From Chrysomallon squamiferum (Eukaryota; Animalia; Mollusca), in NCBI GenBank assembly GCA_012295275.1, contig CM022665.1, positions 32,488,001-32,552,000 of the forward strand: a DNA stretch of 64,000 nt. Direction: 5' to 3'. The translations under genes and the position numbers were made by a program. Numbering within the stretch: position 1 is the first letter of the stretch; each line of letters opens with the position of its first letter. Below the pieces are notes generated by a model. It was not told where the DNA came from. It worked only from the letters and a program-made list of their open reading frames with translations, and made no database searches. This document shows, piece after piece, positions 1 to 34,597 of this stretch.

Positions 1-43
<43 letters not shown>
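1..43. repeat. (TA)n microsatellite
   Basis: Pure TA dinucleotide run at the window start. Confidence 0.95.
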
Positions 44-46
<3 letters not shown>

Positions 47-204
47 CAAAAATCTAATTTTTAAGATAAATACTGTGAAACATAGTGAACTAGCAGTTCA
101 CATCGATAGTTTTCCGCGGTATTTTAGATGATAATTAATCGTTAAGCAAGACGAAGTCAATGGCAAAGTGAAAGTGTCAAGTTTGAAGTTAAGTTGCGAA
201 TTCT

Positions 205-507
205 AACTATTCACGTGCAAAGTTAATGAGGTTAAAAAATATGCGAGGGGTTACTTTTAGCTTATCAGATAACTAAATTTTCTCTTTTTTTCTCACCACC
301 ATATCCTAACAAACAAACCCCCACAATATAAAAAGGTCAAAGCTCATCAAAGCAACTGGTTGAAGAGAGATCTCTAAATCACCGGAAGTGAAATTAAAGT
401 AGGAAAATGTCACGTGTAGTCTCCGTCAGATGAAGAGTCTTCAACGATAACAGATCTTGCTCGAACGAGACTACTCGCTGTAGGATTTCTTTTTGGGGGA
501 TGTAAAA
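205..507 (+). promoter_or_regulatory. Probable MRPS31 promoter/5' UTR
   Basis: CpG-retaining patch directly upstream of ATG 508. It contains an ETS/GABP motif CCGGAAGTG (382-390), E-boxes TCACGTG (211-217, 410-416) and a DR1-like AGGTCAaAGCTCA (334-346). GABP/NRF-2 sites are typical of nuclear-encoded mitochondrial genes. Confidence 0.55.
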
Positions 508-3364
508 ATGAATTCAACTTTGAAATGTGTGTGTTTTCTTCGAATGTTTTCCAAATACAGCAGGTATGAGGTCTAAGAGACAACATCTGTGTTACTGCAT
601 TTCTTTTATTTTTACAAAGTAACTTAGTCGGAAATTGCAGAAAATGGATGATGTCAATGTCACGTTTTCACCTGACAGTGACATCTTTGACTTAAACTTT
701 AAGTTAAGCTTTTAAAGAATTATTCTAATAATAAACGGTTACATACATTATCATTACAATGATTATGATTATAACTGTTAAATAATAAAAGATGTGTTTT
801 TAATATCTGTGAAGTAATATCAAGATAATTAAATTCCACAACAACTATGAGTACTTTCTTAGTATTAAATTATACATGACTTTTAATTGTGTTCTTTGAT
901 AATGCACCTAGTGGTGCATGTTGCTACGTACAACAGATGAATGGTCCAGTTACATATTACGATCAATTTTTTTTTTTGGGGGGGGTGATAGTAAATAATT
1001 AGGCCTACACGAAAATAACAAGCTTGTGAGTCTGTGAAGATACCAGTAGGCAATTGAAAATATTTCATTATTTCGGCTAATATCACAAAATCATGAACTG
1101 AAAATATAAACAATAAAACTAATAAATAAATAAATTGGTAAGTTTTTTTATATATAGAAAATAATGTCACAACAAACAAAAAATTGACAGTGATGGCCTC
1201 CAAAATGTGTTTATAACCAAAGGTTGTTATTGTGATTATATTTGGAATAACAATAAGATTAGTTGTGATTAATAATCTTTAATCAAAGGATGCTTTTGGT
1301 ATAAAATGATTTCCCCAAATAGGCAAACAGCATTCTTGTTTGAATACATATAATATTATATACTTTGGTATATACATTTCATTTATGTGAATTTTTTTAA
1401 ACATCATCAGTCCTTCCTTGTTGTACATAAAGGGTATGGCAACTTCATCTAGTAGAAAATGGAATTTACCTGTGAAGAGATGACTCAACTCCTTTCCTTC
1501 GTTTTATTGAACCATTACAATATGTTATTTATGTCAGTTACTTTCATTAAGAAAATATTTTGAGATGATTTAACTTTATTAATATTTTTTTAAATATTTC
1601 AATATTTTTATTTTATTTTTACAGTTAATATCAATGCTTAAAGAAGTAATAGATGAATAATAATTCATTAAGAGTGAAATACTTCTAAGATATTATTAAA
1701 TGAAAAAAAATGTCACATTTTTAATTATTGCAGGTTACATGGAGGGCCAATAATTAACAGTAGACATATTGTTCGCCACATAATGTCAACCTCACAAGTC
1801 TGGAAATCAGATTCATCTAAGAAAAGCAGGGATACAGATCAAAGGTGACTTTTCCAAGTGTATTTTCATATTATATATTCATATTCACAGGAAACAGCCC
1901 TGAACATTTGTCACCTCCCAAAATATTAGTACATGTATGCATATAAATGAATATCTATTAAAGACTGTTGATTTTAATAGAATTATCAAAAAATTAAAAG
2001 AAAGTTTTCATTATTTCATTTCATTTAGAAAAAATCATATTCTAATAATGTGCAAAATATAAGGAAATGTAATCCTCTGGAAAGAATTAATAACCGGTAG
2101 TCAACATTCATAAGAAATTTACCAGTTTCAGAGGTTGATTTTTAATTCTGTTTTTTGAATTTGAGAGTTCATTACGCATTACCTGATCATTCTATTGATT
2201 AAATAAAGTGCCATTTCATGACTGACTGAACTCCTTTTTAATAATGATACATTATTCTGTAAAAGCCAAGCCAGTGATAAAAAGGTCATGTAAATATTGC
2301 TACAGCAGATTTTAAAAACATTCAACAACAAGATGAATGCTCAGTTAGTGATCAAAGATAAATGATTTTTAAAATTATAATTAATTCATTTGAAACAGTT
2401 TTGTTCTTAATTAAAACCAATTTTTTTTTTTTTTTTTTCTGTTATACATAAGATAAAACAAAAATTGTGATAATAAATTCTTAAAGTGTGTTTTATAATA
2501 GATCCATTATATATCAATCTTACTGAACAGTATTTTACATTTATTTTGAAGTGATGATGGTCTGAATCCTGAACTGAAGGCAGCAGCCAAATCTGTGGCA
2601 GACAGCATGAAAGGAGAATCAGCAAAGGCTGAGTCTGACATTCTGCAGCAGTTGAAATCACATGCTAAAAACAACGTGAATCAGAAAGATGGACCTGAGT
2701 CGGTTAATCTTAATATGAAACCAAATCAGACAATGAGGTGGGTCTGCTGGATGCTTTCATGAATAACAAGATCTGTGTAATTTGAGTTCAAGCTCAGTGT
2801 CTTTATTTACAAGATCTACCTAATTTGTGGTACAAGATACAGATTAAATTGCTTCTTTTCATGATTTTTGTTTTAACTGTTTATTTTTTTGCCCATTCAG
2901 TGGTAAAAGGCAATGGATTTGCAATTTCAATTTTCATCTCTTTAGTCAAGTTTTTTTTTTTTTAAGGTACAGCAGAAATTTTAAGTTTTTTAAATTGTTT
3001 TGGTTTTTTAAAACTGTTTATCAGTCTTCTAAATTTATTTTATTACAGTGTATTAAATTGTAGGAACAAATAAAAAAACAAACAAAAAACCTCTTAGCTA
3101 TGATTGTAATTAGAGATTTAATTAATTTATTAAAACATAAAATTTTCATTAGTATTGTAATGTTTGTTTAATCAGTCAGTATATGTTTCTTTTTACAGTG
3201 ATATCCTGTCTCAGATGCGTGTTCAGAAACAAGGACCAGAAAAAACTAGATCAGAAGGTAAATATTTTATATTTTAGTTTTATCAAAATATTTTGTTATC
3301 AAGATTGAAAATTAAAGATTTCATTGTTTATATATAAATTATAATGAATATTTTGTTTAGGAAG

Positions 3365-3396
<32 letters not shown>

Positions 3397-5353
3397 CACA
3401 GCTGATGAAATAAAAAGATATAAATTGATTATCTAATTACTTTAGGGTCATTCCATGTCAAATCACCCAATGGGTTAAACCCAGCCGTCTCAGATTTTTA
3501 TGAAACTTGGCATGGGAGATATGGCCCCCTGAATTTTGAGATTTTTGACAAAAATAGGCGTGACCCACCAACCTTTAAACCCTCATATCCCAGGAACTAC
3601 TGGGCCAATGTTCATAAAATTGGTATTGTTCAAAAGGCAATATAACAAGGATTTTGGGGTACACTGACCTTTTGACCTTTATGACCTTGAAATTGACCTT
3701 GTGGATCACGTGACCTTGAGATGACCTTTATTGAAATTTAATCTCCCACATGTTAACTAAAACATATACAAATTTTCTGGGTGTAATATTTTTTGTTTAG
3801 CCACAATATAGATTTAAAAAATGCATACCTACATGGATGATTCATACAATGCATTACAATGTACATTTTCTACATCTATACAATTTGAAACAACGAATTG
3901 AAGGAGGAAATAGTCCAATTTTGTGAAAGTGACAAGAACAGTAGAATGTGTCCGGGAATGAAGGATACAGTGAGCATTCGAAACAAAGATGGTGAGAAGG
4001 TTAAGCATCAGAAATGCCTAGTTCTCCTGCAAGGTGATTTTGCAGAAAATTTCTCATATGTGGTTCAGGAAAGTAAACTGGCTACCTTACATGGCATACT
4101 GCAGATTGGCTGATGGAACCCTCAAACACTGTAACATTTGTGTAGTGAGTGACACTAGGGGGCACACATCTGTAACTGTGTATGCTTTTTTGAGTGTTAT
4201 TATTCCAAACCTTCAGACTGAGTTTCCTCATGTGAAAAAGATTAATTATTTCTCTGATGGAATTGGGGGGGATGGTGAAGAGGTTGCTGACAAAGGCCAG
4301 ATTGCAGCGTCCTTGGACAGACCCAATCCTGACCAATGAGACTATCACAGATTTCTGCATCAAGAATATTCCAGGCATTCACTTCTTCAACATCACACCA
4401 GACCACATAGCAAAGCTTGAGTTGGAACTACAAGGGAGGTTTCAAGTAGCCAAAGTGGTCAAGGGAACACAGCAGTTTCACCAGTTAGTTCCGTTATCTA
4501 AATCAAAGATACATGCCTACAAGCTGAGCCTGCAGAGTCACCCACCAGAACTAGTATCTGTCCAGGATTCTGAGGATGATATGATAGAGTTACCACAGGA
4601 GCCTTCCATTGAAGTCAAGAAGCAAAACTATGTGTGTTGTCTGTATGACAGTGAGGCATGGGTTGGACTAGCTGAGGACATTTCAGAAGAGCATGGCAAC
4701 CTTCTAAGTTATTTCACTGGCCAAACAAAGAAGACACTTGTTGGATTAGTGAAGGGGATATCTTCTGTGTGACTGATACACCTGCTATTGCATCTTCTTG
4801 ATGGATGTACTCTTTGAGTAAAAAGGATGATGCTAGAATTGCAAGACTATGGGGGAAGTGGGTTACTGAATGATTCTGTGACTGCAGAACTGGTGAGAAG
4901 ACAATGAGGTAAGTAGTTTGATATCATATGATCATACATGTAGGCATGCAATGTCTTACTCGGTGATCAAGAGAGATGGTGACTCCTAGCATCTGGAATT
5001 GATCACACCCATTTTTGCCAAAAATCTCAAAATTCGGGGGGCCATATCTCCCACACCACTGGTCTGATTGGCCTAAAATTTCAGATTTGGTGCTGTGGGA
5101 TCCCAGTCAACAAATATACCAAGTTTCATCTGAGATGGTTGGGTTTAAATTGTTTTTTTGGGGGGGGGGGAGTGATTTGACATGGAATGACCCTTTATTA
5201 TTTATCATTACAATATTTAGATATTTATTATTTATTCTTGTTTTGTGTTTTTAAATTATTATCACTAATTTTACAGTTATTAATGTTTATTTATTTATTG
5301 TTAATGTTTGTATTTTTACAAACATTTGAAATGATAATATTTAGTTTTATGAC

Positions 5354-5384
<31 letters not shown>

Positions 5385-5817
5385 GACAGAAAGGAAAACA
5401 TCTGGAAAAGGTCCAGAACAGAAGAGAGTTCCAAAAGATTACACTAGCATAGGGTATGTTTAGTTTGGTCATTTTGCTTTTGGTTAGATATTCGTTATTA
5501 GATAGTTTAGGTCTGTAGGCTAAACTTTACTGTGTTTTTTGTGTTGGAAGGGTTAGTGTTTTTGTTTTAAATGCCATAAATATTTCCACAGTATTTTTTT
5601 GTTATTTGTGTTAATTTCACCACAATGTTTACAGTATGCAAAATAGAGTTAATACATTTTGTTTTTCAAAGCTATAACATACAAATATTTTTTTGTAACT
5701 TTAGTTCAGCTATTGTCATAGTATAATCTATGATGTAATCTGTTTAATCCTTGTACCACTGTAGGTTAAGTAAACATAAACTACTTTTAAACTGTTATAT
5801 GTTGTTTTATATTTATA

Positions 5818-5857
<40 letters not shown>

Positions 5858-5991
5858 TCTTCTTCTTTTTTTTTTAGAGATAACTACAGATTATTTGATG
5901 GACCAAGCCTCGGCATATTTACAGTTTCCAAAGAAAAATCAAAAAGTAAGATTGCCCTTGCTCTATTTTGGCATTATTCATTGTATTTCTT

Positions 5992-6022
<31 letters not shown>

Positions 6023-7029
6023 TTATTATTAATGTCATCATCATCATCATAAGTCTTTTTAAAAGTAGCTAGAATCTGAAACCAAAACTGAAATCAAACT
6101 TCTGATCTAAGTATCACCTAGCAAAAAGAATAGATAAAACAACTCTTGTAATTAAAGTAAAGTTTCTCTAACAGCATTTTAAAGAAGATGAAAGAAAAAA
6201 CTGTGTGCCTCTAGAATGTGAATTTTTATTATTGTTTATAATACATCTTGAAACATATTTCCCAAATTCACTTACAATAATTAAGAAATGATTAAACAAA
6301 ATTTTCAAACATTTTAGAAGAAAAGCTTGTTCAAGCTGAGATCAGTTTATTTGATGAAGTTGAAAGAGAGGAATTTGAAAAGTATTCATCTGCACCACCA
6401 CGAAATGCTTTTGAAGAAATGATTCAGTGGACTAAGGAGGGAAAGCTTTGGACTTTTCCTATTGATAATGAAGCAGGTAATATTAATATATTTAATATTA
6501 GTTTTACCTTAATACTTTGTAAAATTGTGATATCATTAGAGGAAGGACTAAAACTTACTAGATGGAGAATTGATTTCATAATTCCTAATCTTTTTCTCAT
6601 TATTATTGTATAAACCTTTTAAAATACTAAAATGATATAAATTTTTTTCACATAATGTTTTTTACATTTTTTTTATTCATGCACCTTATTTAATAATTTT
6701 CTAGAAAATAGTAATGAACATGACATATATAAAATCCTTGAATTTAATAATCTGATATTTCAGGAATGGTGGAAGAAAAAAATGTTGAATTTCATGAACA
6801 CATCTTTCTTGATCACCTCATTAGCGATTTCCCTAAAAAGGGTCCTATTAGACATTTCATGGAGTTGGTGACCACTGGCCTTTCTAAAAACCCTTACTTG
6901 ACCGTTCAGCAGAAGAAAGAACACATTCAATGGTTTCGAGACTACTTCAAGGAAAAACAGCCAATTCTGGAAGAAACCCTGGGCTCTGAAGGGATAATTA
7001 GTGAAAGAAAAAAAGAAGCTAAACAATAA
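508..7029 (+). CDS. MRPS31: Mitochondrial small ribosomal subunit protein mS31 (28S ribosomal protein S31), 8 coding exons, ~322 aa
   Basis: Exons 508-563, 1734-1844, 2552-2737, 3199-3257, 5390-5453, 5878-5945, 6318-6476 and 6764-7029. All introns are GT-AG, phases are consistent, and the total is 969 nt. The N-terminus is a basic/hydroxylated presequence-like stretch ([20 protein letters not shown]...RHIMSTS). Family motifs: [16 protein letters not shown]...[18 protein letters not shown], and [25 protein letters not shown]...FHEHIFL...[46 protein letters not shown] at 7198. Confidence 0.93.
3445..5193 (+). mobile_element. Non-autonomous Sola2-like DNA transposon (1.75 kb) in MRPS31 intron 4
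   Basis: Perfect 22-bp terminal inverted repeat GGGTCATTCCATGTCAAATCAC (3445-3466 and 5172-5193). Imperfect inverted similarity extends to about 3565 and 5001. A 4-bp TSD TTTA lies at 3441-3444 and 5194-5197. 5'-GRG termini with a 4-bp TSD and the internal transposase motifs fit Sola2. Confidence 0.85.
3898..4772 (+). pseudogene. Fragmented Sola2-type DDD transposase
   Basis: Motifs spread over three frames: [12 protein letters not shown]...[60 protein letters not shown] and [13 protein letters not shown]. Frameshifts and internal deletions disrupt the frame. Confidence 0.8.
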
Positions 7030-9483
7030 AATAACTATTAACTGTGTTGAGTTAGATGATTAAGATATTAAAATTCTTGTATCCTAATGTTGATATATAT
7101 TTGTTGTGAATTCAGGTTTCCATGGCAGTGCTTAACATACTTTACTAGCAGGTATTTGAATTTCTTTAATTTGTATGTTAAAAAATATTGCCATATAAAT
7201 AAAGCAGTAATATTTTCCATTAACTTTATTCAGTCATGAATATCAAAGATTTTTTTATTTGACTTTATAATATCCATTTTTTTAAATTTACGATTGTTTT
7301 AAGAAGGTTTTTTTAATTACTATTAATTATTTTTGTTTATTTATTTATACTACGGTTTTTTTTAAAAGAGAAAAGCGTTTACACATACTTTCTGATTTGA
7401 AGTTCTTGAAAATCAAAATGCTATGCACTGACAACAGTTTATTATTAATATTTATTATAAACTATGAAGCAACCATGATGAAACAACAGTTTTACCATAT
7501 TTCCAACTGAATTATAAAATACACAGAAGGAAAAAAATAAACTAGAAACATTGTGTTTGATTATTAGTAGTTTGTTTAAATGTTTCATTCACTGTTTTTG
7601 TAAAACACACATACTCTGTAACTATTTTATAATTAAACAATTTCAAAGTAAAAATGAAAACATTTATTCTGGTTAAAAAAAAAAAAAAAATTAAAATGTG
7701 TGCTTTAGAGAGAAAAATAACAAGTTATTTATTTGCTTTGACATAATAAATTGAATGTGCATATGTAGCCTGTTACTGTCACATGCTGTTCACAAATTTC
7801 ATGAAGAAGTTGCAGAAAACTGAAATTTGAAAAAACAAAAAACCCAACACATTACTTTGAGATTTTTTATTTCTTTGTTTCCATGTTTGATGGACAACTT
7901 CCAATGTATGCATATAACAAATGTTAGCTTTTGTTCACAGCAAAATTAAATTTGGTATACAACAACAACAACAATAAAAAATAAAAATAATACAATTGCC
8001 TTTGAAGTAAGATCCACAGAAATCCACAGAAAAATTATAGTATAACTAATATTAAGATTCCTATTTGAGGACCAGAATATTTTAATTGGATTACTAAAAT
8101 TAATAACAATTCCTTTAACAACATATTGCATTTTTAAGTTACAGCTAAAATTATTTCCACTTCAAAAGTAATCAGTCAAATGCACCAAATTACTGAAGTT
8201 TAAATTCAGGTGTTCTATTTTCCTTTGTGTATTTTGGAAAAGATAAATGTCATTCACTGAATAATTGAAGATAAATGTACAATAAAAAGGATAGCACCTA
8301 CTGTACAAAGAGAATTAATGCACTAGGTGTAAAAAGGAGGACTGATACATGAAACTTTTTGTTTTTAATGTGAACACTCTACTACTGGGTCACACTCTGC
8401 TATTGTTTCCTGTACTTATATCAGTGTACTAACACTACTCATCATGTTAAAACAAACAACTGAATACAGCATTTATACAGATAAAAAAAGTCTCTGTTTA
8501 TTATATTTAGTTGTATGTTAAAATATTTGTTTTACCTTTGTTGATAAATCCACAACACTGCTTCCCATTGATGACACCAGCCAAATGTGTGTGTAATGTA
8601 AGACCAAATTCCTTTTTTTTTTTTTCTTCTATTTAAATGCGCTTCATAGAGATCCAGGTTTCTGCTGGTGATGACAGTGTTTGTCAACTGACAGTTATAA
8701 TAATGAGAACAACTATCCACTGTATGCCTGTGCGTAAATATAAATAAGATATTTTGATACAGTAAAATACACTATAAATTTGATAGAATTTAAAACTTAA
8801 TACAAATTATAAATTTAAAAATCTTTAAAAAAATGAAATAACATTTTAGATAACTTATTTCATAGTATTCTGTTTTATTTTTCTTTGTTAATGCATAGCA
8901 ATGTATAGGTTTATTTATTTCTTCATTTTTTAAAATATTTTTATACGAGAAGAAGCATCACTGAAAATATTATTGTCATGAAATAATTTTAGAATGAAAA
9001 GATACTTTTTAATTTTTTTAAAAGGTATTCGTAAATTTTATAAATTATTTTTTTCAACAGTCTTGATGTAAAACAACAAGTAAATGTTCAATAGTTAAGA
9101 TAATTACACTTAAACAAATGTTACAATTATTTCAATTATTAATTTCAAAAGACACTTTCTGAAAAATGTATTTTAAAAATAAATATTGCTTGCACTGTTA
9201 AAACATAGAGAAACTTAAAAAATACAAAACCAGTAACTTTAAACAACAATATTTCTGAAAATTGTATTTTAAAAATAAATATCTAATACAATATTAAAAC
9301 TTGATGCAAAGAGTTAAGAAGTCATTGTTCTTTGTACAAGAAACTTGGGATGAGTAAGATGTAAGGAAATTAGGATACAGTGTTCAGATGAATAATCAGG
9401 AAATGGCTGAAGATGTTTATCAGGATACTAAGACAAGGTTGTGTCAGTTCGTTTCTGGATTCCATCCACTCTGTGTTCAAACC

Positions 9484-32145
<22,662 letters not shown>

Positions 32146-32448
32146 TACATCACAGATATTCCTGTGTCTGTATTACAAAAATCTTTACAAATCTTATTAT
32201 AAAATTATTAACAAATTAGTTCACTTACACACTGTATAGGTATGCCTGTATTTCAAAATGATCAGAAAAGAAGAAACATTAAAAAGTAGACAGAAACTTA
32301 AAATAGAACAAAAAATGAATCAATCAATCAAAGTATGATTTTTTGAAATAAATAATGATATATTTATCAATATTATTGTTTATTTATTTATTTATTATTG
32401 TCATTATTATTATTGTTGTTATATTTATTATTATTATTATTACTGTTA

Positions 32449-32486
<38 letters not shown>

Positions 32487-32992
32487 GCTGCCATTATGTT
32501 ATGTCAGTGTTATTTGTATATATGTGTGATTTTTGAAAATATTTACATGACAATATTGTATGTTTTGAAAATCAAACTTTCAAATTATCAACAAATAATT
32601 CTGTGGTTCTAAAAACAAGTATATTAGAATTTGCCTTTTATTATTACTTTATATAAATAAAAAACCCAGGAGAGTAAATAGTGTATTAGAATCAGATGAA
32701 AATTAGAATTTATTAATACTGTTTGAAGAAAAGTGATAGTCATTAATATGTTACGATGTCACAGCATTTGAAAACTAAATTTTGTCATTTCACATTTCAG
32801 GATGTTTTTAAGAAAAAACATTGATAACATTTGTATTTATCACATTAATGATTTTATTTCATTTATTTTAATCATTTTTCTTTTTTAAATTTATTTATTT
32901 ATTTTATCTTTTTATATTTTTGGTTTTATTCTATTTTATTTATTTTGTTTCATTTCATATTGTTTCTTTTCTTTTCTTTTATTATGATGATG

Positions 32993-33030
<38 letters not shown>

Positions 33031-34597
33031 ATTATTATTCTCATTGTACATTTATTTATTAGCAATAAATAACAAATCATAATATTGATTAGACTTCTGA
33101 AAACCCCTCCAAATAACTTACCATTGTAGGTAATGAACATGGATAAATGAAAATAGAAGGTGCAAATTAATTGATTTAAAAAATAATAATAATAAAAAAT
33201 AAATTCAAAATTAGCTAAAGAGGAAAGAATAGAAGAAAAAAAATGAAATCTGTAGGTATAAAGAAAAATAAGTTTAATATTGTATTCTGATGTAGAAACT
33301 AGCACATTAACAATACTCCTCCTCCTGTACTACCATCATCATCATGACACTGACATATTTGTATAAACTTACTATTCAGTTAAAAAGAATAAGTTCCATA
33401 TGTATGCAATTATGTTTTGTGAGGTTATTTGTTAATTTTTCTATATATTGTTTGTACGTTTTTAAGTATTGTTAATCTTTAAAATGTAATAGTCAGTTTT
33501 GAATAATTATAAATGTTCAACAGTATTTGAGATATATAACATATCAAATGATGTTTTTTATTATGAACTGTTTTTTTATCACTTATGTTAAAAAAAAACG
33601 AATGTGTACCACATTGGTATAAGCTTATATTCCTTACAATTACATTGGTCTTATTTCTGATATAATACTCAATGTATCATAATAATAATTAAAATAATAA
33701 TAATATTAAAATAAAAAATAAAATTAAATAAAAATTAAAGCAAATCAAATAAAAATAAAAAATACTATTTAATATTTTTAAATATTTGGAGCTAATTACT
33801 AAATAAAAAATAAATAAATAAATTCAACTATTTTGAAAGGTTTATTGTTGTTGTTTTATTTCATTAGCTTATGCACCAAAGATAAAGACTCAGTAATGTT
33901 TTACCGTATTTTATGTCAGTATATTCAGAAAACAGATTATTTTAATATATCTGACATCATCATAGAAAACAATTATTGTTTACGTTTGACGCGAATATAA
34001 ATTGAAAATTATTTGAAGTTATTATTCAAAGACTTTAGAAATTATTTATTATTTAGATTGTATGTTGAAATTTATTTTTTAAATTGCATGTTATGTCTGG
34101 TTTTTTTGTTTTGTTTTTTTTTTCGTTCCCCTTTCTTCTGTGCAGTTGTTTTCAATAAAAAGGAAAGGAAATTAAATACAGCTAAATGCTGGCGCCTCCT
34201 TTTTCTGAAATTCTTGATCCAAACAATTCTAATATTAACAGAAACTTTGAGTAGATTAGAATTTTATGTTATTTTAAAATAGTTTCAGTAGTAAATGATT
34301 ACAATTAGTATTATTTACTTCTCTACACTATAATTATGCATGTAAACAAAAACAAAAGAAAAAGAAAATAACAAAAAGAGTTAAAATTCGCTGTCGTCAC
34401 AAGATGTCAGCTGACTACCGAACACTCACCTATGTGAGGTGTCTACGTAGTATGATGACGACATTCTCACCTGTAGATCAAGATGAGTGATATGCTGACA
34501 CCTGTCAGTTTATTAGCGACAATGCTACAAGAGACAAGCATGATGACTGTCTTAAATCTAATTTGTCTCTTTGTGTACAGACATACAGACTTTTACA

